64,000 nucleotides of DNA, taken from positions 640,001 to 704,000 of the forward strand of contig CAVPVX010000007.1 of assembly GCA_963709345.1 (NCBI GenBank). Direction: 5' to 3'. Shown here piece by piece: positions 17,708 through 30,411 of the stretch (the stretch's first letter is position 1; each line of letters starts with the position of its first letter). The notes beneath the pieces are model-generated. The model saw only the letters and a program-made list of their open reading frames with translations. It searched no databases and was not told the origin of the DNA. Origin of the DNA: an uncultured Actinomycetes bacterium. GTDB taxonomy: Bacteria > Actinomycetota > Thermoleophilia > UBA2241. The translations under genes and the position numbers were made by a program.

Positions 17708-17929
17708 CTACTTGAACCGGTACGTGATCCTGCCCCTGCTGAGGTCGTAGGGCGACAGTTCCACCTTGACCCTGTCTCCGGGCAGGATGCGGATGTAGTT
17801 CATGCGCATCTTGCCGGAGATGTGGGCGAGCACTTCGTGGTTGTTGTCGAGGTGAACGCGGAACATCGTGTTCGGCAACGCCTCGACAACCTCGCCCTCG
17901 ATCTCGATGGCTTCTTCTTTGTTCGCCAT
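17708..17929 (-). CDS. infA: Translation initiation factor IF-1
   Basis: [29 protein letters not shown]. Confidence 0.98.
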   Translation of the reverse strand: MANKEEAIEIEGEVVEALPNTMFRVHLDNNHEVLAHISGKMRMNYIRILPGDRVKVELSPYDLSRGRITYRFK

Positions 17930-18042
17930 GCTCCCTACTCGTCGACAGACAGCGGCCTGACATACTACCATAAACCATGGGGCCCACAAACCCCACCATC
18001 CACGGCGGCGCGGCGGCCGAGGCCCGCGCCGTTCCCACGACG

Positions 18043-18816
18043 CTACACCGCTGCGCCACCATTCTCCGACCGGCGGCGCGTGAACACCCGCGGCGCCTTC
18101 TTGCCGACGCCCACCGTGTGCTCGAAGTGCGCCGAGAGCGAACCGTCGGCGGTGTGGATGGCCCACCCGTCGTCCGCGACGACCACCTCGTGCCCGCCGG
18201 CGTCGACCATCGGCTCGATGGCGAAGACCATGCCCTCCTCGAGTCGCGGGCCGCGCCCGGGATCCCCGTAGTTGGGGATCTGCGGGTCTTCGTGCATCTC
18301 CTTGCCCACACCGTGCCCGACCAGCGAGCGCACCACGCTGAAGCCCGCGGCCTCGACCACTTCCTGGATCGCATGCGAGATGTCACCCAACCGGCGGCCG
18401 TCTCGACACTCCGCGAGTCCGGCCTCCAGCGACTCCGCCGTCACCTCGGCCAGGCGGCGCGCCTCGGCTTCGACGAAGCCGATGAGGAGCGTTTGAGCCG
18501 AGTCGGCGATGTAACCGTCGAGCGTCACCCCGACGTCCAGGCTGAGCAGGTCTCCCTCCGCCACGCGATAGTCGCCGGGGATCCCGTGCACGACCATGTC
18601 GTTCGGCGAGGCGCAGATCGAGCCCGGAAAGCCCTGGTAGCCGAGGAACGTCGGGGTCCCGCCGCGCTCCCTGATGAAACGCTCGGCGAGCGCGTCCAGT
18701 TCCCCGGTCGTCATGCCCGGCCGAGCCGCGTCCGCAAGCGCGTCGAGGCAGTCGGCGAGGATCGCACCGGCAGCTGCGATCTTAGCGAGCTCGGTTGCCG
18801 ACCTGCGGACGATCAC
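18043..18816 (-). CDS. map: Type I methionine aminopeptidase
   Basis: VVHGIPG, GHGVG, AIEPM, SAHFEHT. Confidence 0.97.
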   Translation of the reverse strand: MIVRRSATELAKIAAAGAILADCLDALADAARPGMTTGELDALAERFIRERGGTPTFLGYQGFPGSICASPNDMVVHGIPGDYRVAEGDLLSLDVGVTLDGYIADSAQTLLIGFVEAEARRLAEVTAESLEAGLAECRDGRRLGDISHAIQEVVEAAGFSVVRSLVGHGVGKEMHEDPQIPNYGDPGRGPRLEEGMVFAIEPMVDAGGHEVVVADDGWAIHTADGSLSAHFEHTVGVGKKAPRVFTRRRSENGGAAV

Positions 18817-18822
18817 GCGGTG

Positions 18823-19491
18823 TCAGTCACCGGAGAGGATGCGCTCGACGTGCGCGTAAACGTCATCCGGCATCTTCCCGCCGCCGAACACGCTGTCGAG
18901 CACGTGGCGCTCCGTGTAGTACTCGACGAGAGGGGCGGTCTGCCGCTCGTACACCTCGAGCCGGTTGCGTACGGTCTCCTCGTTGTCATCGGCGCGCTGG
19001 ACGAGGGTGCCGCCGCAGGCGTCGCAGATGCCGTCCGCTTCCGGCGGATCGAAGGTCACGTTGTAGGGCTTGCCGCAGGCGCCGCACGACCGTCGGCCGG
19101 CGAGTCGCTCCACCAGTTCATCGGCGGGAACGTCGATGAGCACGACGTGAGTGATGGCCCTGCCGGCCTCCGCGAGTATCCCGTCGAGGCGCTCGGCCTG
19201 GGCGATGGTGCGCGGGAAGCCGTCGAGCAGAAAGCCCTCGCGAGCGTCCGGCTCGGCCAGCCGCTCCCGGACCACACCGATCACGACTTCGTCGGGGACG
19301 AGAGAGCCGGAGTCAATGTGCTTCTGCGCTTCACGACCCATGTCGGTGCCATTGGCAACGGCGTCACGCAGCATCTCACCGGTCGAGATGTGCGGAAGTC
19401 CGTATGCCGCCACGATACGCTCGGCCTGCGTCCCCTTTCCGGCGCCGGGGGCGCCGAGGAGGACGATGTTGCGTGCTGTCGGCCGTGTCAT
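18823..19491 (-). CDS. adk: Adenylate kinase with zinc LID
   Basis: GAPGAGKGTQA, LDGFPRT, CGAC..CDAC. Confidence 0.97.
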   Translation of the reverse strand: MTRPTARNIVLLGAPGAGKGTQAERIVAAYGLPHISTGEMLRDAVANGTDMGREAQKHIDSGSLVPDEVVIGVVRERLAEPDAREGFLLDGFPRTIAQAERLDGILAEAGRAITHVVLIDVPADELVERLAGRRSCGACGKPYNVTFDPPEADGICDACGGTLVQRADDNEETVRNRLEVYERQTAPLVEYYTERHVLDSVFGGGKMPDDVYAHVERILSGD

Positions 19492-19498
19492 CGCACTC

Positions 19499-20764
19499 CT
19501 ACTTGAGGAAGCCCTCGTAGTGCCGCATGAGGAGTTGAGCTTCCATCTGCCGCATGGTGTCGAGCGCCACGCCGACGACGATCAGGAGCGAGGTGCCGCC
19601 GAAGTAGAACGGCACATTGACCGGCGGGCGCGACAGCAGCCAGGGCAGCACCGCCAGGGAGGCCAGGAAGAGGGCCCCTGGGAAGGTGAGCCGCGTCAGG
19701 ATACGGTCGAGGAACTCGGCCGTGGGCCGGCCGGGGCGCACACCAGGGATGAACCCGCCGTACTTCTTGAGATTGTCGGCCTGGTCGATCGGGTTGAACG
19801 TCACGGCCGTGTAGAAGTACGTGAAGATGATGATGAGGATGGCCTCGCCGATGATGTACAGGACCGTGCTCGGCCCGAACATCCGCGTGAACCACCCACC
19901 GATGCCGTCGGTGCCCAGGAACTGCGCGAACGTGGGCACGATCATCATCACCGACGAGGCGAAGATGACGGGGATCACGCCAGCCATGTTCACCTTGAGC
20001 GGGATGAACGTGCTGGTACCGCCCATCATGCGGCGCCCCACGACGCGCTTGGCGTACTGCACCGGGACGCGGCGCTCACCGGTCGTGATCCAGATGACCC
20101 CGACGACGACGGCCAGGGCGATGATGCCGAAGAGAAGGATCGGGAGCAGGCTCATCGTGAACAACTGCGCGGCGCCCGACGGGATGCTCGAGACGATACT
20201 GATGAAGATGATGATCGACATGCCGTTGCCGATGCCCCGCGCAGTGATGAGCTCGCCGAGCCACATGACCATCACGGCGCCGGCGACCAGGCTCGTGATG
20301 ATGAGCGCCGCCCGCCACCAGTTGAGGTCCGGCAGGGCATTGTACTGGCGGAACAGGGCGATGTAGCCCACCGACTGTACGAGCGAGAGGGCCACGGTGA
20401 GCCAGCGCGTGTACTTGGTGATCTGCTTCTGGCCCTGCTCGCCCTCTTTGGCCAGCTCCTCGAGCTTGGGAATCACGACGGTGAGGAGCTGCATGATGAT
20501 CGACGCGGTGATGTACGGCATGATGCCGAGCGCAAAGACGGCGACGCGCGCGAGCGCGCCGCCTGAGAACAGGTCAAGGAACCCGACGACCCCGGCTCCA
20601 CCCTCCTCGAAGAACTGCTTGAGCGCGCCGATGTCGATACCCGGGACGGGCACGTACGCGCCGAACCTGTAGATCGCCACCATCCCCGCCGTGAAGAGGA
20701 GCTTCGTGCGAAGCTCCGGGATCATCCAGGCGTTGGTGAGCGACTGCCACAGCTTGTTGTTCAC
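19499..20764 (-). CDS. secY: Preprotein translocase SecY
   Basis: LGIMPYITASII, GIGNGMS, FIPGVRPG, GGTSLLI. Confidence 0.98.
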   Translation of the reverse strand: MNNKLWQSLTNAWMIPELRTKLLFTAGMVAIYRFGAYVPVPGIDIGALKQFFEEGGAGVVGFLDLFSGGALARVAVFALGIMPYITASIIMQLLTVVIPKLEELAKEGEQGQKQITKYTRWLTVALSLVQSVGYIALFRQYNALPDLNWWRAALIITSLVAGAVMVMWLGELITARGIGNGMSIIIFISIVSSIPSGAAQLFTMSLLPILLFGIIALAVVVGVIWITTGERRVPVQYAKRVVGRRMMGGTSTFIPLKVNMAGVIPVIFASSVMMIVPTFAQFLGTDGIGGWFTRMFGPSTVLYIIGEAILIIIFTYFYTAVTFNPIDQADNLKKYGGFIPGVRPGRPTAEFLDRILTRLTFPGALFLASLAVLPWLLSRPPVNVPFYFGGTSLLIVVGVALDTMRQMEAQLLMRHYEGFLK

Positions 20765-20786
20765 AGCCCCATCCCCCCGACGCGTT

Positions 20787-21263
20787 TCAGAGGAGCTCGG
20801 CCTTGCCGCCGGCCGCCTCGATCTTCTCGACGGCGCTGCGAGAGTACATGTGGACGCGGACGTTCAGCGCCACAGGGAGCTCTCCACCGCCGAGCACCTT
20901 GATCGGCGTGCGCGTGTTCTTGACTATGCCCTTGGCGACGAGCGCTTCCGGGGTGACCTCGTCACCGGCCGAGAAGGCGTTCGCCAGCCGGCCGACGTTG
21001 ACCGGCACCGCAAAGGTCCGGAACGGGCCGATCGGCATGCTCTTCTTCATGTGGGGCCCGCGAAGTTTGCCGAGACGCATGTAGAGCGGCATCTGGCCGC
21101 CTTCGTAGCCCGGGCGCACACCTCCGCCGGAGCGGGCATTGTATCCCTTGTGCCCCTTGCCCGACGTCTTGCCCTGGCCGGAGCCCTTGCCGCGACCGAG
21201 ACGCTTGGTCGCTTTGGTCGAGCCGGGGTTGGGGCGCAGGTTATGGAGTCCTAGTTCAGCCAT
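20787..21263 (-). CDS. rplO: 50S ribosomal protein L15
   Basis: RLGRGKGSGQGKTSGKG, EGGQMPL. Confidence 0.97.
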   Translation of the reverse strand: MAELGLHNLRPNPGSTKATKRLGRGKGSGQGKTSGKGHKGYNARSGGGVRPGYEGGQMPLYMRLGKLRGPHMKKSMPIGPFRTFAVPVNVGRLANAFSAGDEVTPEALVAKGIVKNTRTPIKVLGGGELPVALNVRVHMYSRSAVEKIEAAGGKAELL

Positions 21264-21264
21264 G

Positions 21265-21459
21265 TCACGACTTCTTCGCTGCCGGGCGCACCTCGAGGAG
21301 GTACGCGACCTTGTTCACCATGCCGCGGATCACGGGGGTGTCCTCGTGGACCACGGTGTGACGGATCCTCTTCAGGCCGAGGGCGCGAAGCGTGCCGCGG
21401 TGATCGGGCTTGCGACCGATCGCGCTCTTGACCTGGGTGATCTCGAGGTAGCTCGTCAT
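21265..21459 (-). CDS. rpmD: 50S ribosomal protein L30
   Basis: [23 protein letters not shown]; operon position. Confidence 0.97.
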   Translation of the reverse strand: MTSYLEITQVKSAIGRKPDHRGTLRALGLKRIRHTVVHEDTPVIRGMVNKVAYLLEVRPAAKKS

Positions 21460-21464
21460 ACGCC

Positions 21465-22025
21465 TCAGGCCTCCTTGGCGGGAGCGGCGGCCTCTGCGGC
21501 CTCCGGCACACGCTGGTCGAGGCCGAGCACCTGGGCCACCGAGATGCCGCGCAGGCGCGCCTGGCCCTCGGGCGTCTTCAGGGACTGGAGCCCCGCGACG
21601 GTGGCACGCACCAGGTTGATCGGGTTCGTCGTGCCGAGCGACTTGGTCAGGATGTCGCGCACGCCGGCGAGCTCGAGCACGGCGCGAACGCCGCCGGCGG
21701 CGATGACGCCGGTACCCGGCGCGGCCGGCTTGAGCAGCACGCGCGCCGCACCGAAGCGGCCCGTCACCTGATGGGTGGTCGTCGTGCCGTTGTAGCGGGG
21801 CACGGTGAACAGGTTCTTCTTCGCGTCTTCGATCGCCTTCTGGATCGCCAGCGGCACTTCGCGCGCCTTGCCGTAGCCGGCGCCCACATGACCGTTCTCG
21901 TCACCGACGACGACCAGAGCCGTGAAGGAGAACCGCCGGCCGCCTTTGACGACTTTGGCGACGCGGTTGATGTCGACGACGCGCTCTTTGAGCTCGTTGC
22001 CTTCGCTGAATGATCCTCTAGCCAC
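21465..22025 (-). CDS. rpsE: 30S ribosomal protein S5
   Basis: [23 protein letters not shown]. Confidence 0.98.
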   Translation of the reverse strand: MARGSFSEGNELKERVVDINRVAKVVKGGRRFSFTALVVVGDENGHVGAGYGKAREVPLAIQKAIEDAKKNLFTVPRYNGTTTTHQVTGRFGAARVLLKPAAPGTGVIAAGGVRAVLELAGVRDILTKSLGTTNPINLVRATVAGLQSLKTPEGQARLRGISVAQVLGLDQRVPEAAEAAAPAKEA

Positions 22026-22043
22026 GGGGTCCTATTCTCCTTG

Positions 22044-22397
22044 TCAGAAAACCAGGCCGCCCTCGCGGGCGCCCTCGGCGAGAGCCTTGACTCGGCCGTG
22101 ATACAGATAGCCTGAGCGATCGAACACGACGCGCTCGACGCCCTTGTCTTTGGCCCTCTGCGCCAGAAGCTCGCCGACTCTCTTGGCGACCTCGGCCTTC
22201 TTGAGCCCGGCGCCGTCGATCTCGGCGGAGCGGGCGGCGACGATCGTCGCCGCGGCGCCGTCGTCGACGAGCTGGGCGTAGATCGCGCGGTTCGAGCGGA
22301 ACACCGAGACGCGCGGGCGCTCGGTCGTACCCTCGATGCGCCCGCGGATGCGGCGCTTGCGCCGGGTGCGGGCTTCTCTGATGCTTTGTACGCTCAT
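22044..22397 (-). CDS. rplR: 50S ribosomal protein L18
   Basis: [23 protein letters not shown]. Confidence 0.98.
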   Translation of the reverse strand: MSVQSIREARTRRKRRIRGRIEGTTERPRVSVFRSNRAIYAQLVDDGAAATIVAARSAEIDGAGLKKAEVAKRVGELLAQRAKDKGVERVVFDRSGYLYHGRVKALAEGAREGGLVF

Positions 22398-22429
22398 CTT
22401 CTGGTCGTTCCTCTTCTCTCAGGCAGCGC

Positions 22430-22963
22430 CTAGGCGCGCTTGCCGACCTTGCGCTGGACGTACTCGCCGGAGTACCGGATGCCCTTGCCCTTGTACGGCT
22501 CGGGCGGCCGGACGGACCGCACCTTGGCGGCGATCTCGCCGACGACCTGCTTGTCGATACCCTTCACGACGACCACGGTGGCCTGCGGCGTCTCGAAGAC
22601 GATGTGCTCCGGCGGCTCGATGAGCACCGGGTGACTGTAGCCGACCAGCAGCTCGAGGTCGTTGCCCTTGAGGCTGGCGCGGTAGCCGACGCCCACGATC
22701 TCGAGACGCTTCTCGAAACCGTCGGTGACGCCGGTCACCATATTGGCTATCAGCGTGCGCGTGAGTCCGTGCAGCGAGCGATGCTGACCGCTGTCGGTGG
22801 GTCGCTTGACCGCGATGACGCCGTCGGCGACCTCGACGATCATCTCGCGCGGGACCCTCTGGGTGAGTTCACCCTTCGGGCCTTTCACTGTGACGACGGC
22901 GTTGTCGTACTTGAAGTCCACGCCGTCGGGCAGCGGGATGGGTGCTCTTCCGATCCTCGACAT
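22430..22963 (-). CDS. rplF: 50S ribosomal protein L6
   Basis: MSRIG, PEPYKGKGIRY. Confidence 0.98.
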   Translation of the reverse strand: MSRIGRAPIPLPDGVDFKYDNAVVTVKGPKGELTQRVPREMIVEVADGVIAVKRPTDSGQHRSLHGLTRTLIANMVTGVTDGFEKRLEIVGVGYRASLKGNDLELLVGYSHPVLIEPPEHIVFETPQATVVVVKGIDKQVVGEIAAKVRSVRPPEPYKGKGIRYSGEYVQRKVGKRA

Positions 22964-22972
22964 GTGCCGTCC

Positions 22973-23371
<399 letters not shown>

Positions 23372-23384
23372 GATCCTCGCCTCC

Positions 23385-23570
23385 TCACCAGCTCGACTTG
23401 GTCAGACCGGGGATGACGCCCTGGTGCGCGACCTCGCGCAGGCAGATGCGGCAGAGCCCGAACTTGCGGTAGTACGCACGCGGCCGACCGCATCGCTGGC
23501 AGCGGTTGTACTCGCGCGTCTTGTAGCGCTGCTTGCGCCCGGCTTTCACCACGAGGGATGTCTTGGCCAT
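23385..23570 (-). CDS. rpsN: 30S ribosomal protein S14, zinc-binding type Z
   Basis: 61 aa; [18 protein letters not shown]. Confidence 0.97.
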   Translation of the reverse strand: MAKTSLVVKAGRKQRYKTREYNRCQRCGRPRAYYRKFGLCRICLREVAHQGVIPGLTKSSW

Positions 23571-23583
23571 GCTTCAGATGCTC

Positions 23584-24126
23584 CTAGTTCGAACGGAACG
23601 GCATGCCGAGCTTGGTCAGCAGAGCACGCCCCTCCTCGTCCGTCTTGGCGGTCGTCGTGATCACGATGTTGAGACCGCGGAACTCCTCCACCGAGTCGTA
23701 GTCGATCTCGGGGAAGATCGTCTGCTCGCGCACGCCCATGGCGAAGTTGCCACGACCGTCGAACTGGTCCGGCGAGATGCCGCGGAAGTCGCGGATGCGC
23801 GGCAGCGCGATGGACACGAGACGGTCGATCATCTCGTACATACGCTCACCGCGCAGCGTCACGCGACAGCCGATGGACATGCCCTCGCGGAGCTTGAAGC
23901 TGGCGATCGACCGGCGCGCCTTGGTGATGGCCGGCCGCTGGCCGGCGATCAGAGCGAGCTCCTCGACGGCTTCGTCCAGCAGCTTCGCATTGGTCTTCGC
24001 CTCACCGACACCCATGTTGAGGGTCACCTTGGTGACGCGAGGGACCTCCATCACGTTGTGATAGCCGAGCTCCTCTTTGAGCTCGGGCACGATCTCGCTG
24101 AAATACTTTTCCTTGAGCCTGGCCAT
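23584..24126 (-). CDS. rplE: 50S ribosomal protein L5
   Basis: [20 protein letters not shown]. Confidence 0.98.
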   Translation of the reverse strand: MARLKEKYFSEIVPELKEELGYHNVMEVPRVTKVTLNMGVGEAKTNAKLLDEAVEELALIAGQRPAITKARRSIASFKLREGMSIGCRVTLRGERMYEMIDRLVSIALPRIRDFRGISPDQFDGRGNFAMGVREQTIFPEIDYDSVEEFRGLNIVITTTAKTDEEGRALLTKLGMPFRSN

Positions 24127-24132
24127 CGTCAC

Positions 24133-24468
24133 TTACGCCTTGTCGATGTCTTTGCCGCAATTCTCGCGACGGCACTTGCGGACCTTGCCGCCACCCTCGA
24201 GCAGCCGGTACCCCACGCGGGTGGGCTGGCCGCAGGCGGGGCAGACGACCATCACGTTCGACACATCGATGGGCGCCTCGCGCTCGATGACTCCGCCTTG
24301 CGGGTTCTTCTTCGGGTTGGGCTTGGTGTGCTTCTTGACCATGTTGAGCCGCTCGAGGAAGACGCGACCCTTCTCGGTGTCGACGCGCATCACCTTGCCG
24401 GTCTTGCCGGATTCCTTGCCGCTGACGACCTTGACCTGGTCGCCCTTCTTCACCTTGATCTTGCTCAT
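24133..24468 (-). CDS. rplX: 50S ribosomal protein L24
   Basis: KKGDQVKVVSGK, EAPIDVSNV. Confidence 0.98.
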   Translation of the reverse strand: MSKIKVKKGDQVKVVSGKESGKTGKVMRVDTEKGRVFLERLNMVKKHTKPNPKKNPQGGVIEREAPIDVSNVMVVCPACGQPTRVGYRLLEGGGKVRKCRRENCGKDIDKA

Positions 24469-24836
24469 CACAGCACCTCAGGAGCGAGCGACACGATCTT
24501 CATGAAGTTCTTCTCGCGCAGCTCGCGAGCGACGGGACCGAAGATGCGGGTCCCTCGCGGGTTGTTCTGGTTGTCGATGAGGACGGCGGCGTTCTCGTCG
24601 AACGCGATGTAGGTGCCGTCTTTGCGACCGTATTCCTTCTTGGTACGCACGATGACCGCGCGCACGACTTCGCCCTTCTTCACGCTGCCGCCGGGCGTGG
24701 CGACCTTGACGGTACCGACGATGATGTCGCCGACCGTGCCGTAGCGCCGCCTGGAGCCGCCACGGATCCGGATACAGAGGATCTCGCGCGCGCCCGTGTT
24801 GTCGGCGACTCGTAGTCTGGACTCAACCTGGATCAT
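24468..24836 (-). CDS. rplN: 50S ribosomal protein L14
   Basis: [26 protein letters not shown]. Confidence 0.98.
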   Translation of the reverse strand: MIQVESRLRVADNTGAREILCIRIRGGSRRRYGTVGDIIVGTVKVATPGGSVKKGEVVRAVIVRTKKEYGRKDGTYIAFDENAAVLIDNQNNPRGTRIFGPVARELREKNFMKIVSLAPEVL

Positions 24837-24857
24837 TTGCTTCCTCTGCCGGCTTTC

Positions 24858-25313
24858 TTACTTGGCCTTCTCGAGTATCTCGAGGAGGCGCCAACGCTTC
24901 ATCGCGCTCAGCGGACGCGTCTCGACGACTCTCACGAGATCGCCGACGCCGGCCGCGTTCTGCTCATCATGGGCGTGGAGCTTGCTCGAGCGGCGAACGA
25001 CCTTGCCGTACCGCTTGTGCGTCTGCGCCACGTCGATGCGTACCACGATCGTCTTGTCCATGCCGTCGCCGACGACGATGCCGCGACGTTCCTTGCGACC
25101 CGGCACCTTCTCGGGCGCCTTGCGCTCGGCCTTCGCCTTGCCACGCGCCGCCGAGACCTTCTTCGCCGGCTTGACGGCGGGAGCGGCGGTCTTCTTGGCG
25201 GCGGTCTTCTTGGGGGCCGCCTTCTTCGCTGTGGCCTTCTTGGCCGCCGGCTTGCGCGCCGCGGACTGCTTCTGAGCGGGCTTGCCGCTGTCTGTCTTCT
25301 TCGTCGTTGCCAT
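24858..25313 (-). CDS. rpsQ: 30S ribosomal protein S17 with Lys/Ala-rich N-terminal extension
   Basis: [23 protein letters not shown] core after about 70 aa of low-complexity sequence. Confidence 0.95.
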   Translation of the reverse strand: MATTKKTDSGKPAQKQSAARKPAAKKATAKKAAPKKTAAKKTAAPAVKPAKKVSAARGKAKAERKAPEKVPGRKERRGIVVGDGMDKTIVVRIDVAQTHKRYGKVVRRSSKLHAHDEQNAAGVGDLVRVVETRPLSAMKRWRLLEILEKAK

Positions 25314-25528
25314 CAGGCTTCACCACCGGCTGCCTTGCGTACACGCTCGCGTTCGGCCTGCATGGTGAGCAGGCGAGCGATCTCGCGGCGCGTCGCGTTC
25401 AATTGATGCGGGTTGTCGAGCTGCCCGGTGGCGTGCTGGAAGCGCAGGTTGAAGAGCTCCTTACGCGTATCCTTGAGGCGCACGACGAGCTCGTCGTCGG
25501 AGAGCTCCCGGAGCTTGCTAGCCTTCAA
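25313..25528 (-). CDS. rpmC: 50S ribosomal protein L29
   Basis: [20 protein letters not shown]. Confidence 0.97.
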   Translation of the reverse strand: MKASKLRELSDDELVVRLKDTRKELFNLRFQHATGQLDNPHQLNATRREIARLLTMQAERERVRKAAGGEA

Positions 25529-25943
25529 AGAGACTGCCCTCCCTCGTCACGAACTTACACTTGATGGGCAGCTTGTGCGCCGCCAGGCGCATGGCCTCGC
25601 GAGCCACCGGCTCGCTCACGCCGGCCAGCTCGAACATGACTTTGCCCGGCTTGACCACGGCCACCCACGACTCAGGCGATCCCTTGCCGCCGCCCATACG
25701 CGTCTCGGCGGCCTTGCGGGTGATCGGCTTGTGCGGGAAGACGTTGATCCAGACCTTGCCGCCACGCTTGATATGGCGCGTCATGGCGATACGAGCGGCC
25801 TCGATCTGGCGGTTCGTTATCCAGCCGCGGTCCATCGCCTTGAGTCCGAACTGCCCGAACTCGACGCTGGTGCCGCCCTTGGCGGTGCCGGCCATACGAC
25901 CGCGCATCTGTTTTCTATGCTTGACTCTCTTCGGCAGGAGCAT
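25518..25943 (-). CDS. rplP: 50S ribosomal protein L16
   Basis: [27 protein letters not shown]. Confidence 0.98.
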   Translation of the reverse strand: MLLPKRVKHRKQMRGRMAGTAKGGTSVEFGQFGLKAMDRGWITNRQIEAARIAMTRHIKRGGKVWINVFPHKPITRKAAETRMGGGKGSPESWVAVVKPGKVMFELAGVSEPVAREAMRLAAHKLPIKCKFVTREGSLFEG

Positions 25944-25961
25944 CGTCTACGTCCTCTCCCG

Positions 25962-26939
25962 TCAGCTCTGCTCGGTCTTGGGCGCGTCGGGCTTGGTCTC
26001 AGGCTTTGGCGCGTCGGCCGGCTTGGCCGAGCGGTTCGGGGCCTGACGACCCATCGGTGCCTTGGGGCCCACGGACGGCCGCTGGCCGCCGGGACCGCGA
26101 TTCTGGCCGCCGGGACCACGCCCGGGACCGCCGGGACCACGACCCGGGCCGCCGGGACCACGCCCGGGACCGCCGGGACGACCGCCGCCAGCTCCGCCGG
26201 GGCGCCCCCCGCCGGGGCCGTCGCGGCGAGGACCGCGCCGGTCGCGGCCGCGGTCGTCGCGGCGCTGGTCGTCGCGCTCCTGGCGGGCCTTGGCCTCGTC
26301 CATCGGGTAACCTTCGGGCAGGATCTCGCCCTTGTTGATCCAGACCTTCACGCCGATGCGGCCGAACGTCGTTCGAGCCTCACGGAACCCGTAGTCGATG
26401 TCGGCGCGAAGTGTGTGCAGCGGTACGCGGCCTTCACTGTAGTGCTCGTTGCGCGCCATCTCCGCGCCGCCCAGACGACCGCCGCAACGGACGCGCATGC
26501 CGGCGGCCCCGGAGCGCATGGCGCTCGTGAGGGCGCGCTTCATGGCGCGACGGAAGCTGACGCGGTTCTCGAGCTGCTCGGCGATGGACTGGGCGACCAG
26601 CACCGCGTCGAGCTCAGGACGCTTGACCTCGATGATGTTCACCTGGACGTTCTTGTGCGTCATGCCGTGAATCTCTTTGCGCAAGGCGTCGACCTCCGAC
26701 CCGCTCTTGCCGATCACGATGCCCGGCCGAGCGGTGTGGATGTCGATGGTGATGTTGTTCTTGTCCTTACGGATGATGATCCGCGAGAGACCGGCGTGAG
26801 AGAGCTTCCCCAGGATGTGCTCGCGGATGTGCTCGTCCTCGGCCAGGAACTCCTTGAACTCTTTCTCCGTGTACCAGTGCGACTTCCAGTCGTGGATGAT
26901 GCCGACGCGGAAGCCGCCCGGATGCACCTTCTGGCCCAT
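25962..26939 (-). CDS. rpsC: 30S ribosomal protein S3 with long Gly/Pro/Arg C-terminal tail
   Basis: [24 protein letters not shown]. Confidence 0.98.
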   Translation of the reverse strand: MGQKVHPGGFRVGIIHDWKSHWYTEKEFKEFLAEDEHIREHILGKLSHAGLSRIIIRKDKNNITIDIHTARPGIVIGKSGSEVDALRKEIHGMTHKNVQVNIIEVKRPELDAVLVAQSIAEQLENRVSFRRAMKRALTSAMRSGAAGMRVRCGGRLGGAEMARNEHYSEGRVPLHTLRADIDYGFREARTTFGRIGVKVWINKGEILPEGYPMDEAKARQERDDQRRDDRGRDRRGPRRDGPGGGRPGGAGGGRPGGPGRGPGGPGRGPGGPGRGPGGQNRGPGGQRPSVGPKAPMGRQAPNRSAKPADAPKPETKPDAPKTEQS

Positions 26940-27283
26940 TAGGAACGGCCCTCCCTCTGATCGACCGCGACGGTGATATGACTGCTGCGCTTGCGGATGC
27001 GATTGACGCGGCCCATCGCGCGGAACTGCCACCGCTTGAGGGTAGGACCCTCATCGACGCGAATTTCCTTGACGTACAGGTCATCAGCCGAGAGGGCATT
27101 GTTGTGCTCGGCGTTCGCGACGGCGGAATCGAGCACCGCGGCGACGACACGAGCGGAGTTACGGTTGGCGAAGAAGAGCGTGCTGCGGGCCTCGGCCACG
27201 GACTTGCCGCGGATGAGGTCGGCCGCCTCGCGCGCCTTGCGCGGGGCCACCCTGACGTACTTCGCCTGTGCTCTGACTGCCAT
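26939..27283 (-). CDS. rplV: 50S ribosomal protein L22
   Basis: APRKAR, SAVANAE, KRSSHIT. Confidence 0.98.
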   Translation of the reverse strand: MAVRAQAKYVRVAPRKAREAADLIRGKSVAEARSTLFFANRNSARVVAAVLDSAVANAEHNNALSADDLYVKEIRVDEGPTLKRWQFRAMGRVNRIRKRSSHITVAVDQREGRS

Positions 27284-27289
27284 TCCTGC

Positions 27290-27568
27290 TTACCTTCTCG
27301 CCGAGCGGTCGCCCTTGATGTGACCGCGGAACGTCCGGGTGAGCGCGAACTCTCCCAGTTTGTGACCGACCATCGATTCGCTGATGAAGATGGGCACGTG
27401 CTTGCGCCCGTCGTGAACGGCGATGGTGTGACCGACCATGTCGGGGAAGACTGTGGATGCCCGCGACCAGGTCTTGATCATCTTCTTCTGGCCGGCGGCG
27501 TTCATCTGCTCGATGCGCTTGATGAGGCGCTCGTCGACGAACGGACCCTTCTTTGCTGACCTGCTCAA
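27290..27568 (-). CDS. rpsS: 30S ribosomal protein S19
   Basis: [21 protein letters not shown]. Confidence 0.98.
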   Translation of the reverse strand: MSRSAKKGPFVDERLIKRIEQMNAAGQKKMIKTWSRASTVFPDMVGHTIAVHDGRKHVPIFISESMVGHKLGEFALTRTFRGHIKGDRSARR

Positions 27569-27583
27569 AAGGTGCCTCCTGCC

Positions 27584-28422
<839 letters not shown>

Positions 28423-28423
<1 letters not shown>

Positions 28424-28710
28424 TACCTGCCCTCGAAGAATTCGATCTTGTCGCCGGGCGCCAGCTGCACAACGGCCTTCTTCCAGGCCGAGGTACGCCC
28501 CTTGGTGACTCCGCGGCGCTTCGGCTTGGGACGGATGTTCGCGGTGGCGACGCCCACGACCGTGACGCCGAACAGCTGCTGGACAGCCTGTGCGATCATC
28601 GTCTTGTGCGCGTCGGGATGCACCTCGAACGTGTACCGGCCGTGGTCTATCTGCGCGTAGCTCTTCTCGCTGATGATCGGCCGGATGATGATCTTCTCTG
28701 CTTCAACCAT
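28423..28710 (-). CDS. rplW: 50S ribosomal protein L23
   Basis: [15 protein letters not shown]. Confidence 0.97.
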
Positions 28711-28713
28711 GAC

Positions 28714-29790
28714 TCACGCCTCGTTCAGGGCGGCGAACGCCTTCTCGGTGAAGACCAGCGAGCGGGCACGAAGCACCTGCTCGGTGGACAGGGCGGCCAC
28801 CTCCGACGCCTCGGCGTACGGGAGGTTGCGGACCGACTTCGCGACTGTAGGCTCGTCGTGCGTGACGATGAGCACCGGCGCCGCGATGTCGAGGTTGACG
28901 AGGAACTCGTCGACGGTGCGGGTGCTCGGCTCCGCCAGATCCAGGCCGGCGGCCACGAACACGCGCCCGTTCTCCGCCCGGTCGCTGAGAGCCATGGCGA
29001 GAGCCTGGCGCACGACCTTGCGATTGACCTTGATGGCGAAGCTGCGCGGCTGCGGCCCGAAGGCGATGCCACCGCCCACGCGCACGGGGGACTTGACGCT
29101 GCCGGCGCGCGCACGGCCGGTGCCCTTCTGGCGGTAGAGCTTGGCGGTGGAGCCACTGACCTGGCCGCGCGTCTTGCTCGACGCCGTGCCCCGGCGACGT
29201 GCGGCCTGCTCGGCGCGCACGACGAGGTGAAGCGTGTTGACGTCGGCGGGCACGCCGAAGCGATCTTCCGCCAGCTTGCGCGTCTCCAGTTCCTTGCCCG
29301 AGAGATCCACCACAGTCGCGACCCCGGCGGCGCCGCGGCGCGGCTCCGGCGTGGTCTTCTCGGCGGCGGCGGGCTTCGGCGGGCGCTCGGCCACGAGCTT
29401 CTCGGCCGGCGGCGCGGCCTTCCCGGCGGCCGGTTTCTTGGCGGCGGCCTTCTTGGCGGCGGGCTTCGCAGCCGTGGCCTTCTTGGCAGCGGGCTTCTTC
29501 GCCGGCTTCGCAGCGGCTGCCGACTTATCGGCGGCCGGCTCGGCCTTCTCGGCCGCGGGCTTGGCGGCCGGCTTCTTCGCGGCCGGCTTCTTCGCGGCCG
29601 GCTTCTTCGCGGCCGGCTTCTTCGCGGCCGGCTTGTCGACGGCCTTGTCGGAGGCGCCCGTCTCGGCCTGAGCCTTCTTTGCCGCGGGCTTGCGCGCGGC
29701 AGACTTCGCGGCGGCCGGCTCGGTCTCGGTCTTCTCGGGCGCGGCGGCGGCCTCGACGTCTGATGTGTTCTTGATCTCGTCGGCGGTCAC
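28714..29790 (-). CDS. rplD: 50S ribosomal protein L4 with about 155-aa Lys/Ala/Pro N-terminal extension
   Basis: [25 protein letters not shown] core; GTG start 3 nt after the rplC stop. Confidence 0.95.
   Translation of the reverse strand: MTADEIKNTSDVEAAAAPEKTETEPAAAKSAARKPAAKKAQAETGASDKAVDKPAAKKPAAKKPAAKKPAAKKPAAKPAAEKAEPAADKSAAAAKPAKKPAAKKATAAKPAAKKAAAKKPAAGKAAPPAEKLVAERPPKPAAAEKTTPEPRRGAAGVATVVDLSGKELETRKLAEDRFGVPADVNTLHLVVRAEQAARRRGTASSKTRGQVSGSTAKLYRQKGTGRARAGSVKSPVRVGGGIAFGPQPRSFAIKVNRKVVRQALAMALSDRAENGRVFVAAGLDLAEPSTRTVDEFLVNLDIAAPVLIVTHDEPTVAKSVRNLPYAEASEVAALSTEQVLRARSLVFTEKAFAALNEA
29564..29634. repeat. Perfect 15-bp tandem repeat GCGGCCGGCTTCTTC x4.7 (encodes KKPAA) in rplD
   Basis: Read directly from the sequence. 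Confidence 0.9.
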
Positions 29791-29792
29791 TG

Positions 29793-30407
29793 CTACCTAC
29801 CCTTGATGACGACGACGGAGTTCTTGGCGCCCGGAACGGAGCCCTTGATGAGGAGCAGGTTGTTCTCGACGTCACGGCGGACGATCTTGAGTCCCTGCTG
29901 CGTGACGCGTTCCGCTCCCATGTGCCCACTCATGCGCATGCCCTTGAAGACACGGGCCGGATACGCGCTGGCGCCGATAGAACCCGGCTGGCGGACGTTG
30001 TGCGAACCGTGAGTCTCAGGGCCGCGGGAGAAGTTGTGCCGCTTGATGGTGCCCTGGAACCCCTTGCCCTTGCTCACGCCGGCGACGGTGACGGCTTGGC
30101 CATCCTCAAACGCCTCTACAGTGACGGTGTCGCCGACCTTGAGGTCGCCGGCGCCGTCGAACTCCGCGAGGTGACGCATGCCGTGCTTGAGGCCGGCCTT
30201 CTTGAGATGGCCGAGCTCGGGCTTGCTGATGTGCTTGTCCTTACACTCCTCGAAGGCGAGCTGGACGGCCTCGTAGCCGTCGCAATCGAGAGTGCGCACC
30301 TGTGTGACAGGGCACGGCCCAGCCTGCACGACAGTCACGGCGATCACATTGCCGTCGTCGTCGAACAGCTGGGTCATCCCCATCTTTTTGCCGATGATAC
30401 CTGTCAT
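29793..30407 (-). CDS. rplC: 50S ribosomal protein L3
   Basis: GKKMGMTQ, SKGKGFQG, GSVPG. Confidence 0.98.
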   Translation of the reverse strand: MTGIIGKKMGMTQLFDDDGNVIAVTVVQAGPCPVTQVRTLDCDGYEAVQLAFEECKDKHISKPELGHLKKAGLKHGMRHLAEFDGAGDLKVGDTVTVEAFEDGQAVTVAGVSKGKGFQGTIKRHNFSRGPETHGSHNVRQPGSIGASAYPARVFKGMRMSGHMGAERVTQQGLKIVRRDVENNLLLIKGSVPGAKNSVVVIKGR

Positions 30408-30411
30408 CGCT

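Noticed and set aside
29564-29634. Short tandem repeats as a CRISPR array (also 26107-26180)
   Set aside because: No spacers, unit lengths are multiples of 3, they lie inside ribosomal protein genes, and no cas genes are present
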